Below, piece by piece: positions 19,460 through 29,549 of a stretch of 64,000 nucleotides of DNA. The stretch's first letter is position 1; every line of letters begins with the position of its first letter. The notes under the pieces are model-generated. The model was not told where the DNA came from and made no database searches. It was given only the letters and a program-made list of their open reading frames with translations. A program made the translations under genes and the position numbers. Source of the stretch: an uncultured bacterium (lineage in GTDB: Bacteria; Fidelibacterota; UBA2242; JAFGTP01). The stretch spans positions 1,968 to 65,967 of the forward strand of contig CAZCHS010000006.1 in NCBI GenBank assembly GCA_964498725.1, given 5' to 3'.

Positions 19460-19682
19460 AGATGGTATCTCCTTTTATAATTTCATAAATTTTTTCAGGC
19501 ATTTCCAAATGACCATAATCATGCCATTGAAACAAAACTGCCAATATGACATAAACACTGTTATTTTTTTAGAAAATCTCCAAATCAGGAAAAATGTTCC
19601 TATTATTTACAAAAATCTATTTCATAGAAGTGAAAAAATTGATATAATACTCATTGAATCGAACAATTGTTTTGAAATACTT

Positions 19683-21092
19683 ATGAAATATAAAATCTGC
19701 AAACATAAAATAATTTTAATCACCCTATTGATTTTTCCTTCGATAATCTTTGGATGCTTACGTAGAATTCCTGAGGGCATCAGTCTCGCATCGGATTTTT
19801 ACCGGGTAGAAAGCAACCAGGTTCAGTTTCTTCGTGATATGACTTTTATGCAGGATTCAACTCGTATTGTTGATCAGCAGATTTACCCGAAAGTCTATGA
19901 CCTGATTGACAGCGCGGAACAATTTCTGGTTTTGGATATATTTTTATTTATTGAAACTTCCATTGATACGAATCCCGAGTGGATCCCAACAACCACCTTA
20001 TTGACTAATAAACTGGTGCAAAAGAAAAAGAACAATCCGGACATGCCGATTTATTTCATTACCGATGAATTCAATATATTCTATTACAGTCATAAGAATA
20101 AACATCTGGAACAAATGAAAGAGGCCGGGATCGAAGTCATCATGACCAATATGGTCAAATTGCGTGATTCACACCAGCCCTATTCTCTTTTTTGGCGGTT
20201 AATTCCCCGTTGGTTTGGTAATCCAAACTATCAAGGCTGGCTCCCCAATCCCTTTACGGAACCCAAAGAAGATATCGCCATCCGGTCATATTTAAAACTA
20301 CTAAATTTTAAAGCCAACCACAGAAAAATCATTCTATCGGAAAAAGAAGCCATCATCACATCAGCCAATCCTCATTCTGCCAGCAGTTTGCATTCCAATA
20401 TCGGATTTCGAATGGAGGGAGAAATTCTTCAGGATATTCTGTTTTCGGAAAAAGCGATTGCAAAACTTTCAGGATCATCAATTGACATTGAATTTTCTCC
20501 TCAGCCAACAACCGGGCCGATAAAAATACAGTATATTACCGAGCAAAAAATACAAAAAAGCCTGTTATCAAATATTGAACAACTGGATGCGTCGGATTCA
20601 CTGGATATCGGTGTTTTTTATATTTCCGACCGGAAAATAGTCAAGGCTTTGAAAAAAGCCCGTGAACGACAAGCCGGTATCAGAATTCTGCTGGATGCGA
20701 ATAAAGACGCCTTTGGTAAAGAAAAAAACGGCATCCCCAACCGGCAGGTTGCCTGGGAACTGCACAAAGCGGGAATTCCGATTCGCTGGGCTAATACCCA
20801 TGGCGAACAGTTTCACACAAAAATGGCCATTTTTACTGAACCCGACAGTGTGGTCATCATTGGCGGTTCTGCCAATTTTACAAAACGCAATCTGGGCAAC
20901 AAAAACCTTGAAGCAAACATTGCCATCAAAGCCCCCCGCAGGGAATCCATTTCACAGGAAGTAAAACAATATTTTCACAGTCTCTGGCAGCATGAAAAAT
21001 ACTCACTGCCTTTTGAAGCATACAAGGAAACATCCACTTTAAAATACTGGCTATACCGTTACCAGGAATTCACAGGAGCGAGTACCTTTTAA
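19683..21092 (+). CDS. Phospholipase D-family (putative lipo)protein
   Basis: Two HxK motifs (NHRKIILSE...TSAN; HTKMAIFT...GSANFT); IFGC lipobox after start MKYKIC. Confidence 0.85.
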   Translation: MKYKICKHKIILITLLIFPSIIFGCLRRIPEGISLASDFYRVESNQVQFLRDMTFMQDSTRIVDQQIYPKVYDLIDSAEQFLVLDIFLFIETSIDTNPEWIPTTTLLTNKLVQKKKNNPDMPIYFITDEFNIFYYSHKNKHLEQMKEAGIEVIMTNMVKLRDSHQPYSLFWRLIPRWFGNPNYQGWLPNPFTEPKEDIAIRSYLKLLNFKANHRKIILSEKEAIITSANPHSASSLHSNIGFRMEGEILQDILFSEKAIAKLSGSSIDIEFSPQPTTGPIKIQYITEQKIQKSLLSNIEQLDASDSLDIGVFYISDRKIVKALKKARERQAGIRILLDANKDAFGKEKNGIPNRQVAWELHKAGIPIRWANTHGEQFHTKMAIFTEPDSVVIIGGSANFTKRNLGNKNLEANIAIKAPRRESISQEVKQYFHSLWQHEKYSLPFEAYKETSTLKYWLYRYQEFTGASTF

Positions 21093-21850
21093 TGATAGAC
21101 ATAACAGAATTAATCTATTACGGAATTTTAATCATTACCGGAATTCTGGCCGGTATTATCAATACCCTGGCCGGTGGCGGAAGTTCACTGACTTTACCGA
21201 TTCTAATTTTATGCGGACTCCCTTCACCGGTTGCCAATGCCACGAACCGCGTTGGCATTTTCTTTCATAATATTACGGCTACGGCAAAATTTAAAAAGCA
21301 TGGTCAACTTCATGTCAAATCCATTCTCCACATTGCACTGGCTGCAGTTGCCGGTGCCATTATCGGGTCTTTCTTTGCAATAAATCTAAGTTCCGAGGCA
21401 TTTGACATAATACTGGGGTTTTTGCTTTTATTTGTCCTCATTATGATTCTCAAACCCAAAAAGAAAAAAGACAAAGTCGATAAAGAGATCCCTAAATTTC
21501 TGGAAGTGCTGATTTTCTTTGGTATCGGGCTATATGGCGGATTTATTCAGGCCGGTGTTGGATTCCTGTTTTTAGGCGCATTAAATATTCTTTCACACAA
21601 AGATTTAATTAAATCAAATGCCATCAAAGTATTTATTATCGGTTTATATACCTTTTTTACTTTAGTTATTTTTGCAATTGCCGATAAGATAATATGGAGA
21701 TATGGAATCATCCTGGCTGTCGGTAGCAGCATAGGAGCGTTTATTGGAGTAAACCTGGCAATAAAAAAAGGAGAAGTGATCGTGAAAATAATATTAACCA
21801 TTGCTATCATTGCTTCTTTTTTAAAATTATTAGGAATATTGAATTTTTAA
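21092..21850 (+). CDS. TSUP (TauE/SafE) family permease
   Basis: INTLAGGGSSLTLP, ANATNR, GLYGGFIQAGVG. Confidence 0.9.
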   Translation: MIDITELIYYGILIITGILAGIINTLAGGGSSLTLPILILCGLPSPVANATNRVGIFFHNITATAKFKKHGQLHVKSILHIALAAVAGAIIGSFFAINLSSEAFDIILGFLLLFVLIMILKPKKKKDKVDKEIPKFLEVLIFFGIGLYGGFIQAGVGFLFLGALNILSHKDLIKSNAIKVFIIGLYTFFTLVIFAIADKIIWRYGIILAVGSSIGAFIGVNLAIKKGEVIVKIILTIAIIASFLKLLGILNF

Positions 21851-21912
21851 CTAATGATAAATAAAATTGATACAGGATCGTATAAATATATGACTAAACG
21901 GGAAGAAAACGA

Positions 21913-22782
21913 ATGCCATTAAAATTAGAAGAACTCATCAACGAAGTTAACAATTCAAATTTCGCTTCAATCAGAGGAATTATCACTGGTATTTTTGACA
22001 TTATTAATAATTCCCGCAGTTCCGTCAATGATCTGGAAGCCATAATTAAGCTGGACCCGCCTTTAGCTTCCCGAGTGCTAAAAGTAGCCAATTCTGCTTT
22101 CTATGCCTCCCGGGTTGAGTTCAAAGATTTGAAAGAAGCCGTCTTGTGGATAGGCTTTGACGAAATCAGGAATATTGCTATCACCCAGCAATTATATAAA
22201 GTGTTTATGCGGAACAATTATAACTCCTTTTCCAGAAAAGACCTTTGGAAAAATTCCATTGCCACAGCCTTGCTCGCCAAAATGATTTTTCGCAGGGAAT
22301 TCGGTGAAAAAGGTGAAAACCTTTATACCGCCGGACTGATCCATAATATCGGAATAATAATAATCGACCAGTTTCTCAATGATGAGTTTCATGATATACT
22401 GGAATATGCCGAAGAAAATGAAGCTGACCAATGGATTGCAGAAAATAAATTTCTAAACTATGACCACACCACTATTGCCTATGAATTGGGAAAGGCCTGG
22501 AATTTCCCTGAAGAACTCCGTGAAACTGTGAAACATCATCATAATCCCGGGGAAGCAGCGAAAGACTTTCAAAAAAATGCCGCCACAATTTTTATTGCTG
22601 ATTATTATTGTAAAAAATGGGGACTGGGATATTGCGACATCAATAATCCGGATACGGAAATGATCAACTTATTACTGCAAAATAATAAGATAGAGCATGA
22701 ATCTCTGGTATTGATGCGCGCCGACCTGATTGAGCAAATCGTCCATTTTGAAAATATCGGATTACTGTCCAATGGCAAATAA
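21913..22782 (+). CDS. HDOD domain protein
   Basis: DPPLASRVLKVANSAFY, AGLIHNIG, WNFP..HHH. Confidence 0.92.
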   Translation: MPLKLEELINEVNNSNFASIRGIITGIFDIINNSRSSVNDLEAIIKLDPPLASRVLKVANSAFYASRVEFKDLKEAVLWIGFDEIRNIAITQQLYKVFMRNNYNSFSRKDLWKNSIATALLAKMIFRREFGEKGENLYTAGLIHNIGIIIIDQFLNDEFHDILEYAEENEADQWIAENKFLNYDHTTIAYELGKAWNFPEELRETVKHHHNPGEAAKDFQKNAATIFIADYYCKKWGLGYCDINNPDTEMINLLLQNNKIEHESLVLMRADLIEQIVHFENIGLLSNGK

Positions 22783-23629
22783 TAATACTGAACAATATTT
22801 GCAGAAAATAAAGCACCTTGAGAATGAGTTAAAACTTGCTCAATTGGAGAAGGAAGAAACCGCCCGGAAGTTTTATGATCTCTACAATCAAATGGAAGAT
22901 GAAGTCCGGCGCCGGGCATCACAAATCCGGGATCAGAATTTTAAATTGCAGGAAGAAGTCCGCAAACGAAATATAGCTGAAAAAAATTTAAAAAAAGCCC
23001 TTAAGGAGAAAGAATATCTTTTCCGCGAACTCCATCACCGGGTCAAAAATAATCTGCAGTTAATCTCAAGTATCATCAATTTACAAATCAAGGACACAAA
23101 AAACAGTGAGGTCAAAACACTCCTACTTGAAAGCCGGCAAAAACTAAAATCCATGGCATTGATCCATGATTTCGTCTATGACACCGGCACTTCGGATAAG
23201 ATAAATCTCAGTGACTATCTGGATTTTTTATGCAGGGAGGTTTACCGGTCAGCGGTAAAACACTTTTCACAAATTCAATTGCAAAGAGAGATAGAAAAGG
23301 ATATTGTTACCTCTGTCAAAACCGCTCTCCCCTGTGGGTTAATCATCAATGAATTGCTCACTAATTCCGCCAAACATGCTTTCCCCGGAGAAAAAAACGG
23401 CACCATTCACATTGCGTTGCAAGCCGGGGAAAATTCCTTACAATTATTAGTAACTGATGACGGCATTGGTATGACAAAAGAGGAATTTCAAAAACAGGAT
23501 AAATGCCTGGGACTTAACCTGGTAAAACTTCTTGTGGAGAATCAATTAAAGGGAAAACTCAATTTTGATGGCAGTAATGGCACCTCTTTTCAATTTAAAA
23601 TCCCAAATATTTTAGAAAATCATGATTGA
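22772..23629 (+). CDS. Cytoplasmic HisKA_2-type histidine kinase
   Basis: N-terminal coiled coil, ELHHRVKNNLQ, NELLTNSAKHAF, DDGIG, LGLNLV. Confidence 0.9.
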   Translation: MANNNTEQYLQKIKHLENELKLAQLEKEETARKFYDLYNQMEDEVRRRASQIRDQNFKLQEEVRKRNIAEKNLKKALKEKEYLFRELHHRVKNNLQLISSIINLQIKDTKNSEVKTLLLESRQKLKSMALIHDFVYDTGTSDKINLSDYLDFLCREVYRSAVKHFSQIQLQREIEKDIVTSVKTALPCGLIINELLTNSAKHAFPGEKNGTIHIALQAGENSLQLLVTDDGIGMTKEEFQKQDKCLGLNLVKLLVENQLKGKLNFDGSNGTSFQFKIPNILENHD

Positions 23630-24572
23630 AAAAAATGATATTTTAACGGCGCATGCCTTAATAAAAAATTATATTCATAAAACTCCGGTCCTGACCTGCC
23701 GTAGTTTGGATCATATTTTTGGTACAAAAATCTTTTTTAAATGTGAAAACTTTCAGAAAGTCGGGGCTTTTAAAATACGGGGCGCAACCAATGCGATATT
23801 TTCCCTATCCACACAGGAAATGAAACATGGTGTAGCCACGCATTCTTCCGGTAATCATGCCGCCGCCCTGACACTGGCTGCCAAATGGCGAAAAATACCG
23901 GCCCGTGTTGTTATGCCAAAAACCTCCCCAAAAGTAAAAGTAAACGCGGTCAAAAATTACGGCGCTGATATCACCTTTTGCGAACCTAATCAGCTGGCCC
24001 GGGAAACAGCACTGAATAAAATCGTTGAGGATACCGGCGCGAAATTCATTCATCCCTATAACAACGAAAAAATAATTACCGGCCAAAGCACGGCAGCACT
24101 GGAAATATTACAGGAATACAATGATCTGGACTTCCTGATCGCCCCGGTTGGCGGCGGCGGTCTTATCAGTGGCACCGCCCTGACCTGCCACCATTTCTTC
24201 CCGAAAACCAAAGTGGTCGGTGCGGAACCCAAAGGCGCCGATGATGCTTACCGGTCAATGCTGGAAAACCGTATTGTTCCTTCCGAGCATCCACAGACCA
24301 TTGCCGACGGTTTATTAACATCCCTGGGCAGTCTGACTTTCCCCATTATCAAAGACAAAGTTGAGCGAATTTTCACTGCCAAAGAAGCCTTGATCATTCA
24401 GGCCATGCGGTATATTTGGGAAAGGATGAAAATTGTTATCGAGCCCAGTTCAGCCGTTCCTCTGGCGGTGATAATGGAAAATCAGAAGTATTTTCAGGAT
24501 AAACGTGTTGGTATTATTATTTCCGGAGGTAATGTTGAATTAGGCAATTTGCCATTTGAGCCTTCCAAGTGA
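23622..24572 (+). CDS. PLP-dependent serine/threonine dehydratase (serine racemase-like)
   Basis: KCENFQKVGAFKIRGA, HSSGNHA, PVGGGGL, ISGGN. Confidence 0.92.
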   Translation: MIEKNDILTAHALIKNYIHKTPVLTCRSLDHIFGTKIFFKCENFQKVGAFKIRGATNAIFSLSTQEMKHGVATHSSGNHAAALTLAAKWRKIPARVVMPKTSPKVKVNAVKNYGADITFCEPNQLARETALNKIVEDTGAKFIHPYNNEKIITGQSTAALEILQEYNDLDFLIAPVGGGGLISGTALTCHHFFPKTKVVGAEPKGADDAYRSMLENRIVPSEHPQTIADGLLTSLGSLTFPIIKDKVERIFTAKEALIIQAMRYIWERMKIVIEPSSAVPLAVIMENQKYFQDKRVGIIISGGNVELGNLPFEPSK

Positions 24573-25898
24573 GTGTCTGGCCCACAGAAAGGCAATGGAT
24601 ACAGCAGTAAAATTACCAATAATGATCCCCAGCCAAATCCCGGGTAAACCCATTCCGAAATAAACACCCAAAAGATATGTCAACGGCACTTGCAGTATTA
24701 TCGTACGCAGGATAGTTACCACCAGTGATTTTCCACCATAAGTCATGCTCCGGAACAATGAGGAACTCAACATGCCCAAAGGTATCGATGGATAAATGAA
24801 TACCAAATAACGCAGGAATACCACTAATTCATCATGAATTTTTTCCGTGCCTTCGGAATATGTAAAAATGAGGGCCACTTTATCAGCCAGCAGAAAAATT
24901 ATAATTCCGATTACAATTTCGATCAGCAAACCGATTTGTATGGAATAGTAAAAAGCGGTCTTTAACTTTTCTTTATTTCTGGCGCCATAGGCGGCCGCGC
25001 AAACCGTGGTCGCGCCATTGGCCAGCCCCATTAATGGAATGGAACCCAGCATAATAATTCGCCATCCACTGGTAAGAATCGCCACACCGTCAGTGCCTGC
25101 TGTCCAAATAACAATCTTATTCATAAACACCATGGATATTGACATGGAAATCTGGGCAAAAATTGAGGGTATGCCAACATTTAATATCTCGCCAATTATT
25201 TTCGGGCTGTAATGAAAATCTTTCAGAGTTAAGTCCAGATAAGTATTTTTTTTGAAAAACAGCCAATAAGCAAAGATCAGGGAGGTAATAAATATTGAGG
25301 TTAATGTCGCCCAGGCGGCACCTTTCACACCCAGATCGAACCAATAAATAAAAATCGGATCGAGGAATATATTGAGAATGGAGCCAAACATGTGGGCATA
25401 CATCGCTCTTTTGGAGTCCCCTTCCGAGCGTAAAATCGCATTTGCCAGATGATTAAAAATCAAGAGGGCACAACCGCCAACCAGAATTTCCGCGTAATCT
25501 GCCGCCAGTGAACCAACACTTTGACTATTACTGAGAGAAATGAAAATTTCGTCAAGAAAAGGAAACAACGCAATACTAAGCAGTAATGATATACCAACCC
25601 CGCCAATCAATGTATGCAAAGCCGTGTTGTCTGCCTCACTTTTATTATTCTCACCGATTCGGCGGGAAACTGCTGAACCACCGCCGATACCAAGTCCCAT
25701 GCCCACGGCAACCAATATCATAAAAAAAGGGAAAAATAATCCAATGGCTGAGAGTTGGTCTGTTCCCAAACCGGCCACCCAGATACCATCCGCAAGATTG
25801 TATAACGAATGAACCAGCATTCCCAACATCATGGGCCAGGATATTTTTAACAAGGCTTTTTGGGGGTCACCCAGTAATACTTCTACTTCTTTTTTCAT
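24540..25898 (-). CDS. MATE efflux transporter
   Basis: ~12 TM, NIFLDPIFI..LGVKGAAWAT. Confidence 0.92.
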   Translation of the reverse strand: MKKEVEVLLGDPQKALLKISWPMMLGMLVHSLYNLADGIWVAGLGTDQLSAIGLFFPFFMILVAVGMGLGIGGGSAVSRRIGENNKSEADNTALHTLIGGVGISLLLSIALFPFLDEIFISLSNSQSVGSLAADYAEILVGGCALLIFNHLANAILRSEGDSKRAMYAHMFGSILNIFLDPIFIYWFDLGVKGAAWATLTSIFITSLIFAYWLFFKKNTYLDLTLKDFHYSPKIIGEILNVGIPSIFAQISMSISMVFMNKIVIWTAGTDGVAILTSGWRIIMLGSIPLMGLANGATTVCAAAYGARNKEKLKTAFYYSIQIGLLIEIVIGIIIFLLADKVALIFTYSEGTEKIHDELVVFLRYLVFIYPSIPLGMLSSSLFRSMTYGGKSLVVTILRTIILQVPLTYLLGVYFGMGLPGIWLGIIIGNFTAVSIAFLWARHSLGRLKWQIA

Positions 25899-26146
25899 CT
25901 GTTCTGTATTTTAATTTTTACAACAAGACAAAATCTAGGCGAATATAAAAAATTATCCAAAAGATTATATTATTTGCATGATACCTTTTACGGAGGACAA
26001 AATAATCGTTGAATTTATCTACAAATCATTACTTATGGATACAGACCATTACCCATATTTTCAAACCATGACTTTCTGTATTAATTTTTTTCATTTTGCA
26101 AAATTTTTTAATACTTTAATCAGATAAACAAAAATCAGGAGGATGT

Positions 26147-29100
26147 ATGAGAGGAATCAAACTATTACTAATTTCACTGTGTTTAATTATTTCAATTACC
26201 GGCTTGTTTGCGGAAGACTTCAAGGTCCTTCGGCATCCGGCTATAAACAATGATGGAACAACCGTTGCTTTTTCCTACCAGGGTGATATCTGGACAGTGC
26301 CAGTAGAAGGCGGCCGCCCCTTCAGACTGACGGTACATGAAGGATATGAAGGAAATCCAATCTGGTCACCGGACGGCAAGTCAATCGCCTTTTCCGGCAA
26401 CCGGTATGGCAATACTGATATTTTTACAATACCCGCCGGGGGTGGCAAATCAACGCGAATAACTTATCATTCAGCCGGTGATAATATCACCGATTGGACC
26501 CATAACAAGACCATTATTTTCAATTCCAACCGAAATTTTCGCCAGGTGGAATGGGATGAGGAAATTCAGGCTGTTAATGCTGATGGCGGCACACCCTATC
26601 GACTAATGGATGCCTTTGGTTTTGACGCCACCCAATCACCCAGCGGCCGGTTCATCGCCTTTGTCCGGGGAGACTGTCGTGTGGCACGGGAAGACTATCA
26701 GGGTTCCGCCAACAAAGACCTCTGGCTTTATGATCTGGTCAATGACAACTATATACAACTGACCACTTTTAAAGGCCAGGATTATCTGCCGGTCTGGACA
26801 TCTGATGAAGAACTCTATTTTCTGTCGGCCCGTTCCAATGTTTACAATATTTTTAAAATGAATCTTGACAAAGATGGAAATCCTCTGAACGAACCGACTC
26901 AGATCACCAGTTTTGAAAAAGACGGCATTCGGCATTTTGACGTCTCTCCAAAGGGAAAAATTGTTTTTGAACGGATCATGGATATCTATACCATGGATAT
27001 CAATTCCAGGGCAATTGAAAAGATCAATATCGAAGGGGGTACCGACAACCGGTTTTACACTGAAGAAATGAAATCCTATACTTCCGATGTTAATAATTAT
27101 GCCGAATCTCCCGACGGAAAATATTCACTTCTGGAAATACACGGCGAAATCTTTCTCACCGAAAATGACAAAGAAAAGAACAAAACACTGAATATCAGCC
27201 AATCCTCTTTCCGGGACAAAGACCCTGTCTGGATTGATGACAAAACCGTGCTTTATCTGTCGGACAGAAATGGCAATTTTGATATTTATATGACAAAATC
27301 CGGAGAAGATAAACCACTTTTTAAAACCTTAAAGCATGAAACCTTCCAAATAACTAAAACTGAAGACGACGAAAGTTCACTGCTAATATCACCGGATCGT
27401 AAAAAAATCACCTTTGTCCGGGGAGACGGCACCCTGATCGTTGCCGACATTGATGACAATAAGATCAAGAATGAAAACAAATTGCTGAATGGCTGGGCAA
27501 AACCGGAAGGCGTTACCTGGTCTCCTGATAGTAAGTGGCTGGCTTACTCTCTGGAAGATCTCAATTTTAACGCAGAAATTTATATTCACGCCGCAGATAA
27601 CAGCAAAGAGCCGGTAAATGTCTCTATGCATCCCCGTGGTGACTATTCTCCGGTCTGGAGCAGAGATGGCTCAAAACTGGGATTTCTCTCCACCCGTAAC
27701 AACCAAAATTATGATGTCTGGTATGTTTGGCTGACCAAAGAAGATTGGCAGAAAACCAAATCCGACTGGGAAGATATGGAAGAGGAAACACCAGCGGACA
27801 AAGAAGAGAAAAAGGATGACAAAGAAAAAGAAGACAAGAGTGTCAAGCCGGTCACAATAGATTTCGAAAATATATACAAACGCGCAGTCCAACTCACCAG
27901 CCAGCCCGGTGATGAACGGAGCGTTGTCTTTTCTGAAGATGGCAAAACCATCTTCTACACCGGCATTAATCCGGTCAATGAAAAATATGACCTCTATTCC
28001 ATTCAATGGGACAAAACCGAGAATAAAGCGCTCACTTCCAGCGGTTTAAATCCCCGTTTGATCACCCTGAGCAGTGACGGAAAATCTCTCTATATGCTGC
28101 AAAAAGGAAGTCTGAAAAAATTCGATATCAGCAAGAGCAGCACGGAAAATATTGCTTTCAAAGCCAAACTCAATATCAATTACACAAAAGAACGAAAACA
28201 GGTATTGGCCGAAGTTAAACGCACTCTGGGCAGACGCTTTTATGATCCTGAATTTCACGGGCAGGACTGGGAAAAACTGAACAAGCATTACGAAGCAAGA
28301 ATATTGAATGCTTCCACCAAACATGATTTCCGGGATATGGTCAACCGTATGCTGGGACAACTGAATGCCAGCCACATGGGACTTTATGGCAGTGACCGGG
28401 CGGAAACCATTGACGAAGATACAGGGCGCCTCGGTGTAGAAGTTTCACCGGAGAAAAAAGGCGTACGCGTTGTCCGCGTGATCCCTGATACCCCGGTAGA
28501 TAAAAAATTCAGCCGTTTATACAAAGATGACCTGATCGTAGCTGTCAATGGTGTTGCTGTTAATGATGTTGTAAATTATTATTCATTACTCACCAACACC
28601 GCCGGCGAAAAAGTACTGTTGACTGTCAGGAATAAGGAAAAAGGCAACCGCGAAGTTGAAATTCGACCAGCCTCATCAGTTCGTTCGGAATTATACAATG
28701 AATGGGTTGAAGATAGACGTGACCTGGTGGAAAAATACTCCAATGGCAAATTGGGTTATCTTCACATTCAGGGTATGAACTGGGAAAGTTTTGAACGCTT
28801 TGAAACAGAGTTTGCCGCAGCTGCTGAGGGTAAGGAGGGAATTGTTATTGATGTCCGTTACAATGGCGGCGGCTGGACCACTGATTACCTGATGGCGGTT
28901 TTGAATGTCAAGCAACACGCCTACACCATTCCCCGGGGGGCTACAAAATCCCTGAAAAATCATGGTCAATTCGCTGAGAATTACCCCTTTGCGGAAAGAC
29001 TGCCCTTCTTTCCATGGACGAAACCGTCAGTCGCCTTGTGTAATGAAAACAGCTATTCCAATGCGGAGATTTTCTCTCATGCCTATAAAACCCTGGGAAT

Positions 29101-29338
29101 CGGAACGTTGGTGGGCAAACCCACTTTTGGTGCGGTGATCTCAACCGGCGGCCAGGGGTTGATGGACGGCTCTTTTGTAAGAGTGCCTTTCCGCGCCTGG
29201 TACACAAAAGCCACTGGTAAGAACCAGGAATTAGTACCGGCAGTACCTGATGTTATACTGGAAAATGCACCGGATTATAAAGTTAAAAACCAGGATGCAC
29301 AGTTGCAGAAAGCAGTGGAAATTTTGATGAAACAATAA
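26147..29338 (+). CDS. Exported tricorn-like S41 protease (PD40 propellers, PDZ)
   Basis: Sec signal, repeated WSPDG, SHMG, GYLHIQGM, IDVRYNGGG, SYSNAE. Confidence 0.92.
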   Translation: MRGIKLLLISLCLIISITGLFAEDFKVLRHPAINNDGTTVAFSYQGDIWTVPVEGGRPFRLTVHEGYEGNPIWSPDGKSIAFSGNRYGNTDIFTIPAGGGKSTRITYHSAGDNITDWTHNKTIIFNSNRNFRQVEWDEEIQAVNADGGTPYRLMDAFGFDATQSPSGRFIAFVRGDCRVAREDYQGSANKDLWLYDLVNDNYIQLTTFKGQDYLPVWTSDEELYFLSARSNVYNIFKMNLDKDGNPLNEPTQITSFEKDGIRHFDVSPKGKIVFERIMDIYTMDINSRAIEKINIEGGTDNRFYTEEMKSYTSDVNNYAESPDGKYSLLEIHGEIFLTENDKEKNKTLNISQSSFRDKDPVWIDDKTVLYLSDRNGNFDIYMTKSGEDKPLFKTLKHETFQITKTEDDESSLLISPDRKKITFVRGDGTLIVADIDDNKIKNENKLLNGWAKPEGVTWSPDSKWLAYSLEDLNFNAEIYIHAADNSKEPVNVSMHPRGDYSPVWSRDGSKLGFLSTRNNQNYDVWYVWLTKEDWQKTKSDWEDMEEETPADKEEKKDDKEKEDKSVKPVTIDFENIYKRAVQLTSQPGDERSVVFSEDGKTIFYTGINPVNEKYDLYSIQWDKTENKALTSSGLNPRLITLSSDGKSLYMLQKGSLKKFDISKSSTENIAFKAKLNINYTKERKQVLAEVKRTLGRRFYDPEFHGQDWEKLNKHYEARILNASTKHDFRDMVNRMLGQLNASHMGLYGSDRAETIDEDTGRLGVEVSPEKKGVRVVRVIPDTPVDKKFSRLYKDDLIVAVNGVAVNDVVNYYSLLTNTAGEKVLLTVRNKEKGNREVEIRPASSVRSELYNEWVEDRRDLVEKYSNGKLGYLHIQGMNWESFERFETEFAAAAEGKEGIVIDVRYNGGGWTTDYLMAVLNVKQHAYTIPRGATKSLKNHGQFAENYPFAERLPFFPWTKPSVALCNENSYSNAEIFSHAYKTLGIGTLVGKPTFGAVISTGGQGLMDGSFVRVPFRAWYTKATGKNQELVPAVPDVILENAPDYKVKNQDAQLQKAVEILMKQ

Positions 29339-29370
29339 ACAAGGGACTGCAAGCTCCCAGCCCAAAATAA

Positions 29371-29410
29371 AACCCTGGCAGGTCTTCATTTCCTGCCAGG
29401 GTTAATTTTT
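29371..29410 (+). terminator. Intrinsic terminator after tricorn gene
   Basis: AACCCTGGCAGG...CCTGCCAGGGTT plus T-rich tail. Confidence 0.8.
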
Positions 29411-29492
29411 TATTCCAGCCAATAGATTAATAGTGAGATACTTTTCAAAAGCACTTCCAACTATTACAAAAATATCAGAAAAGGGTCAATAT

Positions 29493-29530
29493 AAAAAAAC
29501 CCGCCCCCAAATTTTTTCAGGAACGGGTTT
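29493..29530 (-). terminator. Intrinsic terminator after pmbA
   Basis: Minus strand AAACCCGTTCC...GGGGCGGGTTTTTTT. Confidence 0.75.
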
Positions 29531-29549
29531 GGTATAAAACAGCAGAAAA

